IMG/VR virus record: IMGVR_UViG_2695420874_000004
Origin: a virus
Taxonomy: Duplodnaviria; Heunggongvirae; Uroviricota; Caudoviricetes
Length of the DNA: 50,477 nucleotides
Direction: 5' to 3' (one strand)
Shown here: positions 38,136-47,682 of the stretch, piece by piece
Numbering within the stretch: position 1 is the first letter of the stretch
How the letters are laid out: the number at the start of each line of letters is the position of its first letter
The notes under the pieces: model-generated
Databases searched by the model: none
Told to the model about the DNA's origin: nothing
Seen by the model: the letters and a program-made list of their open reading frames with translations, nothing else
Position numbers and translations under genes: made by a program

Positions 38136-39692
38136 ATGGCTAGCGGAAATGAAAAAAATCATAGAGTTAGGGTCGCACAGTACTTGAGGATGTCTACCGA
38201 CCATCAGCAATATTCTTTACATAATCAGTCTGAATATATCAAAGATTATGCTGAAAAGAACAATATGGAAATCGCTTATACCTACGATGATGCAGGTAAG
38301 AGCGGAGTCAGTATCGTAGGCAGGCATTCTTTGCAGCAGTTACTTAGCGATGTAGAACAAAAGAAAATAGATATACAGGCTGTATTATTTTATGATGTGA
38401 GCCGTTTTGGTCGTTTTCAAAATAGTGATGAAGCTGCATATTATTCCTTTCTATTTGAAAGAAATGGTGTAGATCTTATATATTGTTCCGAACCTATACC
38501 CACTAAAGATTTCCCTTTAGAGTCCTCTGTTATACTGAATATAAAAAGATCAAGTGCTGCATATCACAGCAGGAATCTATCTGAAAAGGTATTTATAGGG
38601 CAAGTAAATTTAATAAAGCTTGGTTATCATCAAGGCGGTATGGCTGGTTATGGGCTGAGACGTCTTTTAGTAGACGAAAATGGCATAGCTAAAGAAATAT
38701 TGAATTTCCGCAAAAGAAAGAGTATTCAAACAGATAGGGTAATATTAATTCCGGGACCAAAAAATGAAATAAAAATTGTAAATAGAATCTATGATCTCTT
38801 TATAGATAGTAACGTCCCAGAATTCATTATTGCTGAGAGATTAAATGAACAGAGCATACCTGCAGAAAATGGAACATCATGGACTCGTGCAAAAATACAT
38901 CAAATTTTGACAAATGAAAAATATATTGGAAACAACATATATAACAAAACCTCATCTAAACTAAAAAGTAAGCTTGTAAAAAACCCCAAACATGAATGGA
39001 TTAGATGTGACAAGGCATATAAACCAATTATTTCAAAGAAAAAATATAATAAAGCTCAAGAAATAATTCAGCTCCGATCCATTCATTTGACTAATGAAGA
39101 TCTATTAGAAAAGCTAAAAGAAAAATTAGAATCTAATGGAAAACTATCAGGCTTTATCATTGATGAAGATGATACAGGCCCTTCATCTTCTGTTTATAGA
39201 ACCCGATTTGGTGGTCTTTTAAGAGCATATACTTTGATTGGTTATAAGCCAGAACATGATTACAGCTATCTCCAAATAAATGAAGCACTAAGATCATTTT
39301 ACTCAGAGATAATTGAGGATTTTAAGGGCGAAATATTAAAAAGTAACTGTCATATAGACGAGTATAAATATTACCCAATGCTTTACATCAATGATGAGTT
39401 TTTAATTTCCGTCCTTGTTACTAAATGCATACATATGAAATCAGGTAAACTTAGATGGAAAGTCCGGTTTGATAACTCACAGAAAGCAGACATAACAATT
39501 GTTATACGAATGAATTCACAAAATATTTCACCTCTTGATTTTTATATCATACCAAAGATTGAAAACGAATATAGTAAAATGTGTATGATGGAAACAAACA
39601 ACATTCGGTTAGATCTCTATAGATTTGATAATCTTGATAAATTTCTACAAATTATTACTCGCATGAAAGTGAGGGAACTATATGCTGCCTGA
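38136..39692 (+). CDS. Large serine recombinase
   Basis: N-terminal resolvase-type catalytic region VAQYLRMSTDHQ...YDDAGKSG...R followed by a long recombinase extension; total about 518 aa. Confidence 0.8.
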   Translation: MASGNEKNHRVRVAQYLRMSTDHQQYSLHNQSEYIKDYAEKNNMEIAYTYDDAGKSGVSIVGRHSLQQLLSDVEQKKIDIQAVLFYDVSRFGRFQNSDEAAYYSFLFERNGVDLIYCSEPIPTKDFPLESSVILNIKRSSAAYHSRNLSEKVFIGQVNLIKLGYHQGGMAGYGLRRLLVDENGIAKEILNFRKRKSIQTDRVILIPGPKNEIKIVNRIYDLFIDSNVPEFIIAERLNEQSIPAENGTSWTRAKIHQILTNEKYIGNNIYNKTSSKLKSKLVKNPKHEWIRCDKAYKPIISKKKYNKAQEIIQLRSIHLTNEDLLEKLKEKLESNGKLSGFIIDEDDTGPSSSVYRTRFGGLLRAYTLIGYKPEHDYSYLQINEALRSFYSEIIEDFKGEILKSNCHIDEYKYYPMLYINDEFLISVLVTKCIHMKSGKLRWKVRFDNSQKADITIVIRMNSQNISPLDFYIIPKIENEYSKMCMMETNNIRLDLYRFDNLDKFLQIITRMKVRELYAA

Positions 39693-40578
39693 AAAAAATG
39701 AATTCCCAATAATTCAAATTGAGATTGCAAAAATAAAATTTCTTAACCCACGAACAAGAAATAAGGTAGTGCATGAAGAAATAAAGGAAAGCATAAAAAA
39801 AAGAGGATTAAGCAAGCCTATAAGCGTAAGAGCTATTGATGAAGACGATTTCAAATATGCTTTAATTTGTGGTCAAGGGAGAATAGAGGCTCTTGTTGCA
39901 TTAGGTGAAACTATTATTCCAGCAATTATAAGAGATGTATCAGAAGAAGATGCTTACGTTATGAGTTTAGTTGAAAACATTGCAAGGAGAAGACCACGTT
40001 CTAATGAGTTATTACAGGTGATTAAAGACATGAAAATCAGAGGACTTTCAGACTCCGAAATAAGTGAGATTACTGGATATTCATCGAACTGGGTGAGCAG
40101 TATTAATATGCTTCTTGATAAGGGAGAGCATAAACTTCTCTCAGCAGTCGAACGGGGTAATTTGCCTCTGTATCTCGCAGTGCAATTTGCAAGATGTGAA
40201 ACTGAGGAAGCACAAGATATTCTTACCGAAGCATATGATAAAAAATTAATAAAAAGTCGGGACATTATAAAGATAAAATACATTCTAAATCAAAGAACAG
40301 TTGGGAATAAAGGTGCAAAAGCAGCCGGATTTTATTATCACAAACCATCAAAAAGGATGACTGCAGAGGAGTTGATTGAGCTTTATGAAAATAGTATCGC
40401 TGAACATAAATCTGTTTATAACAACTCGAAATTTATAAAAACCAATCTACTAATAATAAATGAGATTTTTAACATCATAATGATGAATAAAAGCTTTCAA
40501 AATATACTTGAACAAGAGAATCTTTCAGAACTACCATCTCAGATATTAAACCCAGTAAACAAAGAGGTATCAAAATGA
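39682..40578 (+). CDS. ParB-like (ParB/Srx-fold) protein 1
   Basis: PISVR...YALICGQGRIEA...MSLVENIARR plus HTH-like GLSDSEISEITGYSSNWVSS match the ParB N-terminal domain pattern; overlaps the recombinase stop. Confidence 0.7.
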   Translation: MLPEKNEFPIIQIEIAKIKFLNPRTRNKVVHEEIKESIKKRGLSKPISVRAIDEDDFKYALICGQGRIEALVALGETIIPAIIRDVSEEDAYVMSLVENIARRRPRSNELLQVIKDMKIRGLSDSEISEITGYSSNWVSSINMLLDKGEHKLLSAVERGNLPLYLAVQFARCETEEAQDILTEAYDKKLIKSRDIIKIKYILNQRTVGNKGAKAAGFYYHKPSKRMTAEELIELYENSIAEHKSVYNNSKFIKTNLLIINEIFNIIMMNKSFQNILEQENLSELPSQILNPVNKEVSK

Positions 40579-41471
40579 TTCAGATACGTTTTGGCAAAAA
40601 TTTTATTTACCTGGAAACTAATAAGTTAATTCCATCTAAGGAATTATTAGAAAACGTAAAGCGAAGCCATAAATATCATCAAATAGTTACCTCTATCGAA
40701 AGCTTGGGTATTATTGAACCAATAATAGTATTCTATGACAAAGATAAAGATGTCACTAAGATACTTGATGGCCATTTAAGGGTTGAGGCTTTAAAAGACT
40801 TAGATATAGAAAAAGCTCCATGTATACTTTCGAGCATAGATGATGCTTTCACTCCTAACAAACAAGTGAATCATATAAATGTAGTTGAAGAACATAGAAT
40901 GATAATTAAGTCTCTGGCAAAAGTATTAATTGAAAAACTTAGTGCTGCTTTGGGCATATCTGTTGATGCCATAAAAGATAAAGCTAATGTGATGAACGGC
41001 ATAGATCCAAGTGTAATTGCGAAACTTTCTGATAAACCTATACCTAAGGCTACATTTGACGTTTTGAGGAAAATGAAGCCAATTCGTCAAATTGAAGCAG
41101 TCGGTACAATGATTAATTTTGATAATTATAGTAAAAAATTTGCAATGAGCATCTTGGATGCAACACCGTCATCGATGATAGTAAATAAAGGGAAAAACAC
41201 TCCCTATAAAAAGGACATAAAAAAAACCATACTTCGTCTGGAACAAGAAATGGCAACAACTTCGGAAGAAACGAAAAAACTTCAAACCGAGTATGGTTCA
41301 GATATGTTGAAATTCGTTATAATCCAGTCATATATTAATAAATTACTTGGCAACTCTAAAGTTCTTCATTGGTTCTTAGAAAACGAGGTTGATTATCTTA
41401 ATGAGTTAAAAAGAATTTCTAGAATAAATTCTTTGGATGATAAGACTCTTACTGAAAACAGCCAGTCATAG
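40575..41471 (+). CDS. ParB-like (ParB/Srx-fold) protein 2
   Basis: IIEPIIVF...ILDGHLRVEALKDL resembles the ParB N-terminal motif; overlaps the upstream stop (ATGA). Confidence 0.6.
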   Translation: MIQIRFGKNFIYLETNKLIPSKELLENVKRSHKYHQIVTSIESLGIIEPIIVFYDKDKDVTKILDGHLRVEALKDLDIEKAPCILSSIDDAFTPNKQVNHINVVEEHRMIIKSLAKVLIEKLSAALGISVDAIKDKANVMNGIDPSVIAKLSDKPIPKATFDVLRKMKPIRQIEAVGTMINFDNYSKKFAMSILDATPSSMIVNKGKNTPYKKDIKKTILRLEQEMATTSEETKKLQTEYGSDMLKFVIIQSYINKLLGNSKVLHWFLENEVDYLNELKRISRINSLDDKTLTENSQS

Positions 41472-42523
41472 TCATGGTTTTATATAGCCTAAATAAACCA
41501 AGAAGTATACTTACACAACGACCTTCACGCCGAAGAAGCTGTCAGATACGCCAGCAACCAAAGCATTGCGTTTAAGAGTCAGTCATTGATACGAAGGGAT
41601 AACTGCGTATCAGCAGCCGGACATTGAGTCGAATAAAGGCTGGTAGAGAGGGACAGTTCTGTGTCACCGGGAGATTAGTCAGAAACATCAGCGGCAGAAC
41701 AGATGAACCAGCAATTGGTAGTGTACAGAAAACTCTCCAGTATATAATTATTCAACTTAACACTAAAAAAAATCACATAGTTAATATCATAATTTTTCTT
41801 TGGTCTACTTATGCGAGAGATATTGTGGCTTCAACCTGGTATTAGGAGTCGTTTCAGATAAAAGATGTTCTTCGATTCGACTGGACTTGGTAATAGCAAT
41901 AAGTAATCGTGAATATTGAAGGACGAAAGGCTACTTCAAAACAAAGTAACCTTTCCAATATTCCCATATATGGGACAAGTGGCACATTAACTGCACATAG
42001 TGCAGGATACATATGACATAAAACTTTTTATTTATGGCATACATTAAGAATAACTTTTATTTTACGAATGTCAATAGGCTCTTGCTTAATACTTTTAAAA
42101 TAATTAATTGATTTTTTATTATAGCTTCGCTTGTACAAGCGAAGATCCTATTGTTCTTGAATGAATAATGCCAATTATAAAAGAAGCAAGGGCTAACCCT
42201 ACGAAGCCGCTGCGCTTGTTTCTTTGGGTTCCCCTTGCTTTTCTTCCCTTCGGTTAGAAAAGAAAATCCAGCCCAGTTTATCAACTATCTACAGTATTCC
42301 CACTAAAGAGTAACCGCCACTTTATACTCCGTTTGTGAGCTGAGGCTACTGTAGCATTTTTGGGTTTAAATTTTCTATCATTACCAGTTGTTGTGTCGGG
42401 ATAAAAATATTTTCTCGCATCCAACCATAAAGATATCAGATTTGCTATCATCATCACTTCACATAATGAAACTTTTTAAGTAGGCCTAAAATACAAGGCC
42501 TACTTAATAGCCGGAGATAGTTA

Positions 42524-43429
42524 TTATTTAGATGCTAAAATAGTATTTTTATTGAATTTTTCATCAGCATCTGTAAGCTTTTTCATTATTAAAGCAGGGG
42601 CTATATCCTGAAGCTCCGTAGATTTTATGAAAAAATAATTACAAAGGTAAATTATATTATTAAGATTAATTGGTATATCAATATTATAATCTAACATTAA
42701 CGATAACAAACGATCTCTGTCAATTCTATAAAACTTTTTACCAAGCTCTTTCTCATTAATTATTGAAATTATCTTTTCATCAAGCTTATCGTCCATTCTC
42801 AATCTTAATTTATTTCTTAGCATAGCGGACCATGCGCTTGACTTATAATTTCTATATGCTAAATCCTCAAATAACTTCATTATTCCCCAATCAGATGTTT
42901 CCAAAGAGGCGTAAATTCCATTCAGCGCGCGACTAAGGTCATTATGCTCAACCCAATCCTCTTTGCACTTATAGCGTAGATCATGCTCAACTTCATGCCA
43001 TCCTTCAGATAAAATAGTTCTAAATTGGACTTCAAAAGTAGTATCAATATAAGAATATTTCTTTAATAAGACACTATCATTTGATAATACTTCTGGTAAC
43101 TTAAAGACGTAATTGCATCGAGTTGCCGCAAAGAGATTAGCCGTGGTTTCGTCTACGGTTTTAGATTCAATTTCGAATAATTTCTCCAGTGTTTTTTGAG
43201 CAATAAATAAATCATCAGGAAAATATAATATTATCCTAACCCCAAATAAGTCTTGAATTTTTTTACCATCCTCTGAGTATTTATTAGGCTCTTTTTCATA
43301 TTTCTTAATTATTGAGCTTTCTGATTTTGTCCTCGAAAAAAAACGATAAAGTAATCCAATACGATTAAGTTCATCTTCTATATCTTTTTGCAAACTTTGA
43401 ATAATTCGCAATTCATTCCCGTTATACAT
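42524..43429 (-). CDS. RelA/SpoT-like nucleotidyltransferase (small alarmone synthetase / toxSAS-like)
   Basis: Three synthetase-fold motifs in order: SRTKSESSIIKK (GRxKS-type), DLFGVRIILYF (D-x-x-G-x-R), FEVQFRTILSEGWHEVEHDLRYK (E-x-Q-x-R-T...H...Y-K); about 140-aa C-terminal extension. Confidence 0.7.
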   Translation of the reverse strand: MYNGNELRIIQSLQKDIEDELNRIGLLYRFFSRTKSESSIIKKYEKEPNKYSEDGKKIQDLFGVRIILYFPDDLFIAQKTLEKLFEIESKTVDETTANLFAATRCNYVFKLPEVLSNDSVLLKKYSYIDTTFEVQFRTILSEGWHEVEHDLRYKCKEDWVEHNDLSRALNGIYASLETSDWGIMKLFEDLAYRNYKSSAWSAMLRNKLRLRMDDKLDEKIISIINEKELGKKFYRIDRDRLLSLMLDYNIDIPINLNNIIYLCNYFFIKSTELQDIAPALIMKKLTDADEKFNKNTILASK

Positions 43430-45534
43430 CAGAAATTCCTCCCAAGAATTGCTTTAATCTCTGATATTCTTGCCATGTTAAGTTCAAGGAACGAACGCTT
43501 GTCTGGCGTAAGTAAAAGACCGTCTTTCCTCAATTTATCTAAAGAATGGAGTATTTCACTTAACTGAAATTGATTGTTGTTAGAACATAAGCCTTTTATA
43601 GGCCGATGCTTATGATAGCTAACACTCCCTCTGGGACAGAACTTCTCTAAGATGTAAATATCACAATCTGTAATATCGTGATCATTTTCACTGTTTATCT
43701 CGACAGATTTTTTATTAATAGCATCATTGTCACATTCACATCCCAAAAAATAAATATCTTCCCTACCACTTAATTCGTTAAAACTACAATCTATAAAAGA
43801 ACAGTTCACGAATGTAACGTTTTTATAATTACCACAGGTAAATATGCTGCTAAAAAACGAACAATCAACAAAGATAGTATCATGTATTATATTTATATCG
43901 CCTAAAGAAAGTTTTGATATAGACAATTGCTCAACACTATCATTTTTTAAATCTAATGGAACTTTTCCTATAAGCAAATGACTATAAAGGATTTTATCAT
44001 TACCTGACATAAAATATAAAGCAAACTCTAAGCTATGCCAAAGTAATTCTTTTTCATCATCGATCCTCGGCATATAAGATTGCACTGCTGGTTCTATAAA
44101 ACGTTTATCACCAATCCATTCATTTGACTTATCATTAATAATATTTTCAGAAACAAAATTACCAAGAACAAATTCATTAACAAATCCAATACCTTGGTTT
44201 TCTGAGCCTGACCGATCTAATAGAGCATGCGATGCTAATTTATTAACTAATTCGTCAGTAGTTGGTCTTTCATCTACAGTATAAAGCTTTCTTGTAGCCT
44301 CCAAGAGTTGTTGATTCTTTTCAGTTATGACTAACGATATATACTCTCTAGACTCAGATGTGTAGTTACCCTCGACCATGTCGTCAGCTATTATTTTTAG
44401 TATAGTATATTGATCTTCAATAGACATTAATAAATCTTGTCTTTTTCTTTCTCGCTCAAGCATTGAATCAAAATACTTCCTCACTATAGTTGTTGGGTCG
44501 CTTATAACTTTATTAAAGTCGGTGTCGTCGATGCATCTTAGAAATGATAGCAGTACAGGGTTTGATAATTTGTTAAGAGGAAATCCTGTCGATGAAATTT
44601 CATCTAAACGTTGACCTGGAAGCCAGTCTTCAATTTGTGGTTCATGAATTCTTATTCTTATCACATCAAAATCTTCTTGATGTGATGCTATCCACTGATG
44701 GAATTCATCTCCGTCAAATATAGCTGTTCTTCGAGTTGTCAAAACCACTTTTGCACTATCAGTTAGAAGCTCACTTATTGTTTCCAGCATTGGCTCTGTT
44801 TTTTCATAATTATTTTCAATTCCGTTTGTACTTTCATGCAATAGTTCATCAAACCCGTCAAGTATAACTGGTACATTTCCTGCTCTTATTTCATTCCTTA
44901 CTAAGGCTGAGCTTAACAAAGGAAAACTTCTATCAATTTCATCTAATAGTACATACCTGAATATTTTTGCTTGCCTATTCCTTGATAGTTCTGAAAATAA
45001 TGGTATTTTCCCTATATTGTTAACTATAATCTCCCTCAATAATTCATACGCCGTGCAAGTCTTTCCAAAACCGGCTGCAGCCTCAATCAAAAACAGAATT
45101 GGACGCCTATGTTGTATTCTCTCTAATATTTCCGTAACAACACTAGCTTCGCCAATAACACCATTTAAGTAATATTTTGAATTTATGTAGGAATAAGTTG
45201 CAGTAGGTGAGTGAATTTTTACAATTGAATCTGTGAAAGTATTATAATCTTTAATCAACCTTTCTTTAGTTGAATCGACGCTAAAGAAGCCATTAAATAA
45301 TTCCTTATGTGCTTCTTCATAAGACTGATATTTTTTAATTTGACATGCATAACCTAACTGCCTATATTCTTCAAAGGTTTGATTTACATTAACCTCATTA
45401 TTTAGTGGAAGTATGTCCGCGTTATGGTAGTGCCCTGTTTTAATAGAATATACAGCAATACTTTCGTTACCTGTATTTTCTTCAGTAAAACCAAACCTTT
45501 TATATATCTCTGTAAGTTTGCTTTTTCGTAACAT
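43429..45534 (-). CDS. NACHT-type STAND NTPase with repeat-rich C-terminal region
   Basis: Walker A LIEAAAGFGKTCTA and NACHT-type Walker B VPVILDGFDELLH; C-terminal Cys/Phe-rich repeat-like region; start set to the ATG at 45532..45534, which has a strong AGGAGGT Shine-Dalgarno 7 nt upstream. Confidence 0.8.
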   Translation of the reverse strand: MLRKSKLTEIYKRFGFTEENTGNESIAVYSIKTGHYHNADILPLNNEVNVNQTFEEYRQLGYACQIKKYQSYEEAHKELFNGFFSVDSTKERLIKDYNTFTDSIVKIHSPTATYSYINSKYYLNGVIGEASVVTEILERIQHRRPILFLIEAAAGFGKTCTAYELLREIIVNNIGKIPLFSELSRNRQAKIFRYVLLDEIDRSFPLLSSALVRNEIRAGNVPVILDGFDELLHESTNGIENNYEKTEPMLETISELLTDSAKVVLTTRRTAIFDGDEFHQWIASHQEDFDVIRIRIHEPQIEDWLPGQRLDEISSTGFPLNKLSNPVLLSFLRCIDDTDFNKVISDPTTIVRKYFDSMLERERKRQDLLMSIEDQYTILKIIADDMVEGNYTSESREYISLVITEKNQQLLEATRKLYTVDERPTTDELVNKLASHALLDRSGSENQGIGFVNEFVLGNFVSENIINDKSNEWIGDKRFIEPAVQSYMPRIDDEKELLWHSLEFALYFMSGNDKILYSHLLIGKVPLDLKNDSVEQLSISKLSLGDINIIHDTIFVDCSFFSSIFTCGNYKNVTFVNCSFIDCSFNELSGREDIYFLGCECDNDAINKKSVEINSENDHDITDCDIYILEKFCPRGSVSYHKHRPIKGLCSNNNQFQLSEILHSLDKLRKDGLLLTPDKRSFLELNMARISEIKAILGRNF

Positions 45535-46373
45535 TAAACTCACCTCCTGATATTTTTCGCAATGATGCTATAGTCGCTGTATGAACTTTTAATATAATAT
45601 TACAAAAACCATCTACATAGCTACCGCCTAAGCAATAATAGCTATGTAGAGATTATCTGTAAGAGAACAGTTCAACGGTTACGTGCACGTTATGACATCG
45701 TTCTAACTTCATGGGGTGCTCAGTAACAGAACTTTTAAGCCATTCTTGCTCGCTGAACATGCAGTCATACCTATCACAAGCAGTACAACCATTACTTAGC
45801 AGACCTCTGCTTCTTGTTCCAAAAGGAACGTAAACCAGATGTTAGAGTTAACAAAACTGAAAGCCACTGCCCCCCAAATCTCCAAGTCAAACATTAGAGA
45901 CTTTAAGTGAGCTCAGCCCAGATTATGCATTCTAATCAATTTCCAAATAATCAATCGGGCTAAGCCGTGGTGGTCATCGCGCCAATCCCCATAATGAAGG
46001 ATACATCTTGGCTGTATCATCTTCCTTACAGCTGCGTTTCAACATGTGCTGAACAACACTCAAGTTAATGTAAATGAGCCAGTGAATACAACATCTGTTT
46101 CAAATCACTTTGAAGTTTTCTTCACTTAATGTGTACGCCAAAATTATCCGGATAAACATAGAGTAACGGTCGACCGGGATTACAATCAACCAGTTTCATC
46201 TCTAGTAAGCGATATTCTTATGGCGGCAGCGGAATGTTCTGACAACCCCACTGAGGCGGTGCTACAGAATCTTATCGAAGCCAAACATCAGCTACGTTTC
46301 CCTAGATGTTAAAATCAGTAGTCGCAGGGCCAATGCTAATGATCCACACATTGACCGTGAAGGGGCCTTTCAG

Positions 46374-46646
46374 GTGGGTACGACTGCATTCCAAGTGACC
46401 ACCGCACCTATGGAGAAATTGATTTCACACTGTATCAAAATCAAACGCGCAGGCTACAGGCCGGTCATCCTAACTCTTGAAAGCAAGGTCATTGCAGCAC
46501 GCCAGCTGGCTGATAACGTTGGTATGTCTGAACTGATAGCCATCCAGGCAGCTGAAACTTTCATTGGTAACAATATTGAAGAGATTGCTATTTATGACGG
46601 CGATAAAATCCGTGAGAGTCTCGCAAGATTGATACATCTCTTATGA
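46374..46646 (+). CDS. Hypothetical protein
   Basis: 90-aa ORF of moderate GC in an otherwise non-coding stretch; no recognisable motif. Confidence 0.35.
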   Translation: MGTTAFQVTTAPMEKLISHCIKIKRAGYRPVILTLESKVIAARQLADNVGMSELIAIQAAETFIGNNIEEIAIYDGDKIRESLARLIHLL

Positions 46647-47227
46647 TTGATGAGCCTCTTGGATCGTTAACTTACTGACCGACTCCTGAAATACATAGAG
46701 CTCAGTAAGCTTAACGAGTCGCTTTTTTCCACCATACCTAAGCCCCAAAACTAAAGCACTACGGCTTGATTGGGCTGGCGTAAGTCTGCACACCGAGCCT
46801 TTTGCACTATAAATTTCTCAGAATATATAACCAATATGTCAGTAAAGGTTTAAAGTGAATGATTCGTTTTGGCAGGATACTTACGATTATCACAACACTA
46901 TCACATATTGTGTCTCACACACAAAGTTGAAAATCAAAACAGAAGTAAAAGATATAATATTCCCCTGCTAAAATACGATTCACTTCAAACATTTAATATT
47001 AATGGGATATATTTCCCCCTAAGCAATGGGGAAAAACGCCCATCAATCAACCATGAAATAAAAATAGCACTTTTTGCAAACTATGAATTTATTTATATAA
47101 AACATTACATTAAATTAGTTTATTCAAAAGAAAACGCTTGCTTATTTTTTATTATTAAAAATAAATTTGATTTTTATTTATTTGATAATATACATTCATT
47201 TCATCAAAATAATAAAGGAGAATAAAA

Positions 47228-47668
47228 ATGAAAAAACAAAACTATTCAACCCTGACAAGTTACCTATCTAAAACAAAAAAGAATACAGATCTCTACCGTC
47301 TGTATAACCCTCACTTTTCAATATTCTGTAAAAATAGCATTGAAGATCATGTTTTTTATCTTAATTATTTTTCCAGACATATGGTGACGGAAAGAAATAT
47401 TCTGACCATATTTGCTATCCATACCTTTTTCTCTTATAGCATGGAAAAAAAAGACACCATAAAAGCTTTTACCCGTTTTCTTAAAGAGGAGAATCACGAT
47501 ACTTTCTATCAGTCATTTTCTTTTCGTGGCTGCAATATCATTTACACAAACAAAAAAGGCGAAGTGAAAGAGATCTCATGGTTTTCTTTTTCACGGATCT
47601 ATGACGAGATCATTAAGATAAAAGAATATGAATACAACAATAATACCTGGCACAAAACGACCGCTTAA
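47228..47668 (+). CDS. Hypothetical protein (AT-rich)
   Basis: 146-aa ORF with AGGAG upstream of the ATG; immediately upstream of the ankyrin gene. Confidence 0.5.
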   Translation: MKKQNYSTLTSYLSKTKKNTDLYRLYNPHFSIFCKNSIEDHVFYLNYFSRHMVTERNILTIFAIHTFFSYSMEKKDTIKAFTRFLKEENHDTFYQSFSFRGCNIIYTNKKGEVKEISWFSFSRIYDEIIKIKEYEYNNNTWHKTTA

Positions 47669-47682
47669 AAAGGAGAACGCCC

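Noticed and set aside
42125-42144. 20-bp perfect palindrome CTTCGCTTG-TA-CAAGCGAAG within a weak 75-aa ORF
   Set aside because: Isolated; the overlapping ORF (42057..42284) and the neighbouring 41624..41845 ORF have no start context or recognisable content, so I treat the region as non-coding and the palindrome as unassigned.
42478-42505. Perfect 10-bp-arm hairpin (AAGTAGGCCT ... AGGCCTACTT) 18 bp downstream of the RelA/SpoT-like gene
   Set aside because: Not followed by a U-tract on the transcribed strand, so not a canonical intrinsic terminator; may still be a structural or protein-binding element.
46869-47225. 118-aa ORF in an extremely AT-rich stretch upstream of the 47228 gene
   Set aside because: Low-complexity Ile/Asn/Lys/Phe translation typical of an AT-rich intergenic or promoter region; more likely regulatory DNA.
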